A stretch of DNA of 63,072 nt, filler included, from Guillardia theta CCMP2712 (Eukaryota; Protista; Cryptophyta), in the NCBI RefSeq assembly GCF_000315625.1. It is 8 parts of 8 records of this genome, joined end to end, with 100 filler letters (N's around TTAATTAATTAA, not from the genome) between each part and the next. Parts side by side here need not be neighbours in the genome. Positions count along the whole stretch, not along the records: positions 59,893 to 63,072 come from NW_005434096.1; 7 more parts are not named here. One strand, given 5' to 3'. Shown piece by piece: positions 62,124 to 63,072 of the stretch. The position numbers and the translations under genes were made by a program. Positions within the stretch are counted from its first letter, which is position 1. Every line of letters starts with the position of its first letter. The notes under the pieces are model-generated. The model was not told where the DNA came from and ran no database searches. It saw only the letters and a program-made list of their open reading frames with translations.

Positions 62124-63072
62124 GCTTGTGAAGAAGAAAGTTCTGTGGATTTCTTCCCTCCCTCCCTCCTCCTTCCTCCTTTCATCTACGCGCTTCTCTC
62201 CCTTCTGTTCCTCCCCCTCGCTCTCCCTTCTCACTCCCTTCTTCGCATACTGTATGCTCATTCTTTCAAATGTTTGACATCATTGAATGTTGCTGGCATT
62301 CACGAATGAAGTGAGAAAGGAACTGCAGCAGCTGGCAACATGACATGTATCTGTATCTACATCTGTATCTACATCTGTCTAACAAGGACAAGCAGCAACA
62401 AGACACGTCATGTTAACATGAATCAGCATCTCTCTTACTACATGTCAAGTTTGCTTTTCACCTTCGCTTGCTCGCCCTCCTCCCCGCTCTTTCCCCTCCT
62501 CGTCATCTTCTGCACCTTTGCGGATTTTCACCCCCTTTCCCTCCTCCTCCTCCACCTCCTCCTCCTACTACTACTACGACTACTACTCTCCTTCCTCCCT
62601 CCCTCCCCTTCTCCGCCTTGTCGTGCTCCTCCTCGCCCTTCACCTTCCCCTTCCCCTCCTCCTTCTCCTCCTTCTCCTCCTTCTCCTCCTCCTCCTCCTC
62701 CTCCTCCACCACCACCACCACCACCTCCTCCTCCTCCTCCTCCTCCTCCTCCTCCTCCTCCTCCTCCTCCTCCTCCTCTGATCCCCTCCTGATCTTCGCT
62801 TGGTCTTCAGCTTTGCATGCCAGTGTGACCTGTCGACTTCTGTCATGCTCGCAAACAAGCAGGAGCCAGCAAGAGAGAAAAAGCATCTGGACCATCTCGA
62901 TGGCATGCGATTCATGGGTCAGGCGAGTCACGACGTAGTAAAATGTCAGAACACACGAAGATCTAGGACATGCCCGTCGACCCTGAGGGCCACGACATGG
63001 TAGTAAAGAAAGATAGGGCTCAGCTAAGGAAACAGAGACCAGAGTAGCTCCCCCTCGGAGCAGCCGGGCGTC

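Noticed and set aside
62780-63072. Possible minus-strand exons at the window end
   Set aside because: Too little sequence to support a call.

Overview
Eukaryotic nuclear DNA, not prokaryotic. It is gene-dense, with many ~45-60 nt spliceosomal introns (several GC-AG), CT/GA low-complexity introns and N-gaps, seven of which carry a TTAATTAATTAA linker. Signal-peptide+LRxRGG leaders and RWP-RK genes suggest a cryptophyte alga (Guillardia/Hanusia-like); this is inference. Recognisable genes: PIN4 parvulin, TAM41, SmD2, Mic10, a frameshifted Crinkler-type NTPase+REase effector, a truncated phosphate carrier, an asparaginase-2/PEBP fusion, a Bdp1-like SANT protein, two RWP-RK copies, MetRS, a Frizzled-CRD+Hint (Hog) protein, an FKBP, a bacterial-type CoA-disulfide reductase-rhodanese, CCDC162-like, LRR, MORN3-like, NHL, Nit1 and FolC. 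Non-genic features include a REL-type retrotransposon relic with MITE-like repeats and GC-rich intergenic islands. The most interesting items are the CRD-Hog autoprocessing protein, the ubiquitin-tail-like LRxRGG motif in three leader peptides, the in-frame asparaginase-PEBP fusion, an inverted-repeat-bounded RWP-RK cassette, and islands that appear to diverge by short insertions. Exon models were read by eye and some boundaries are approximate.
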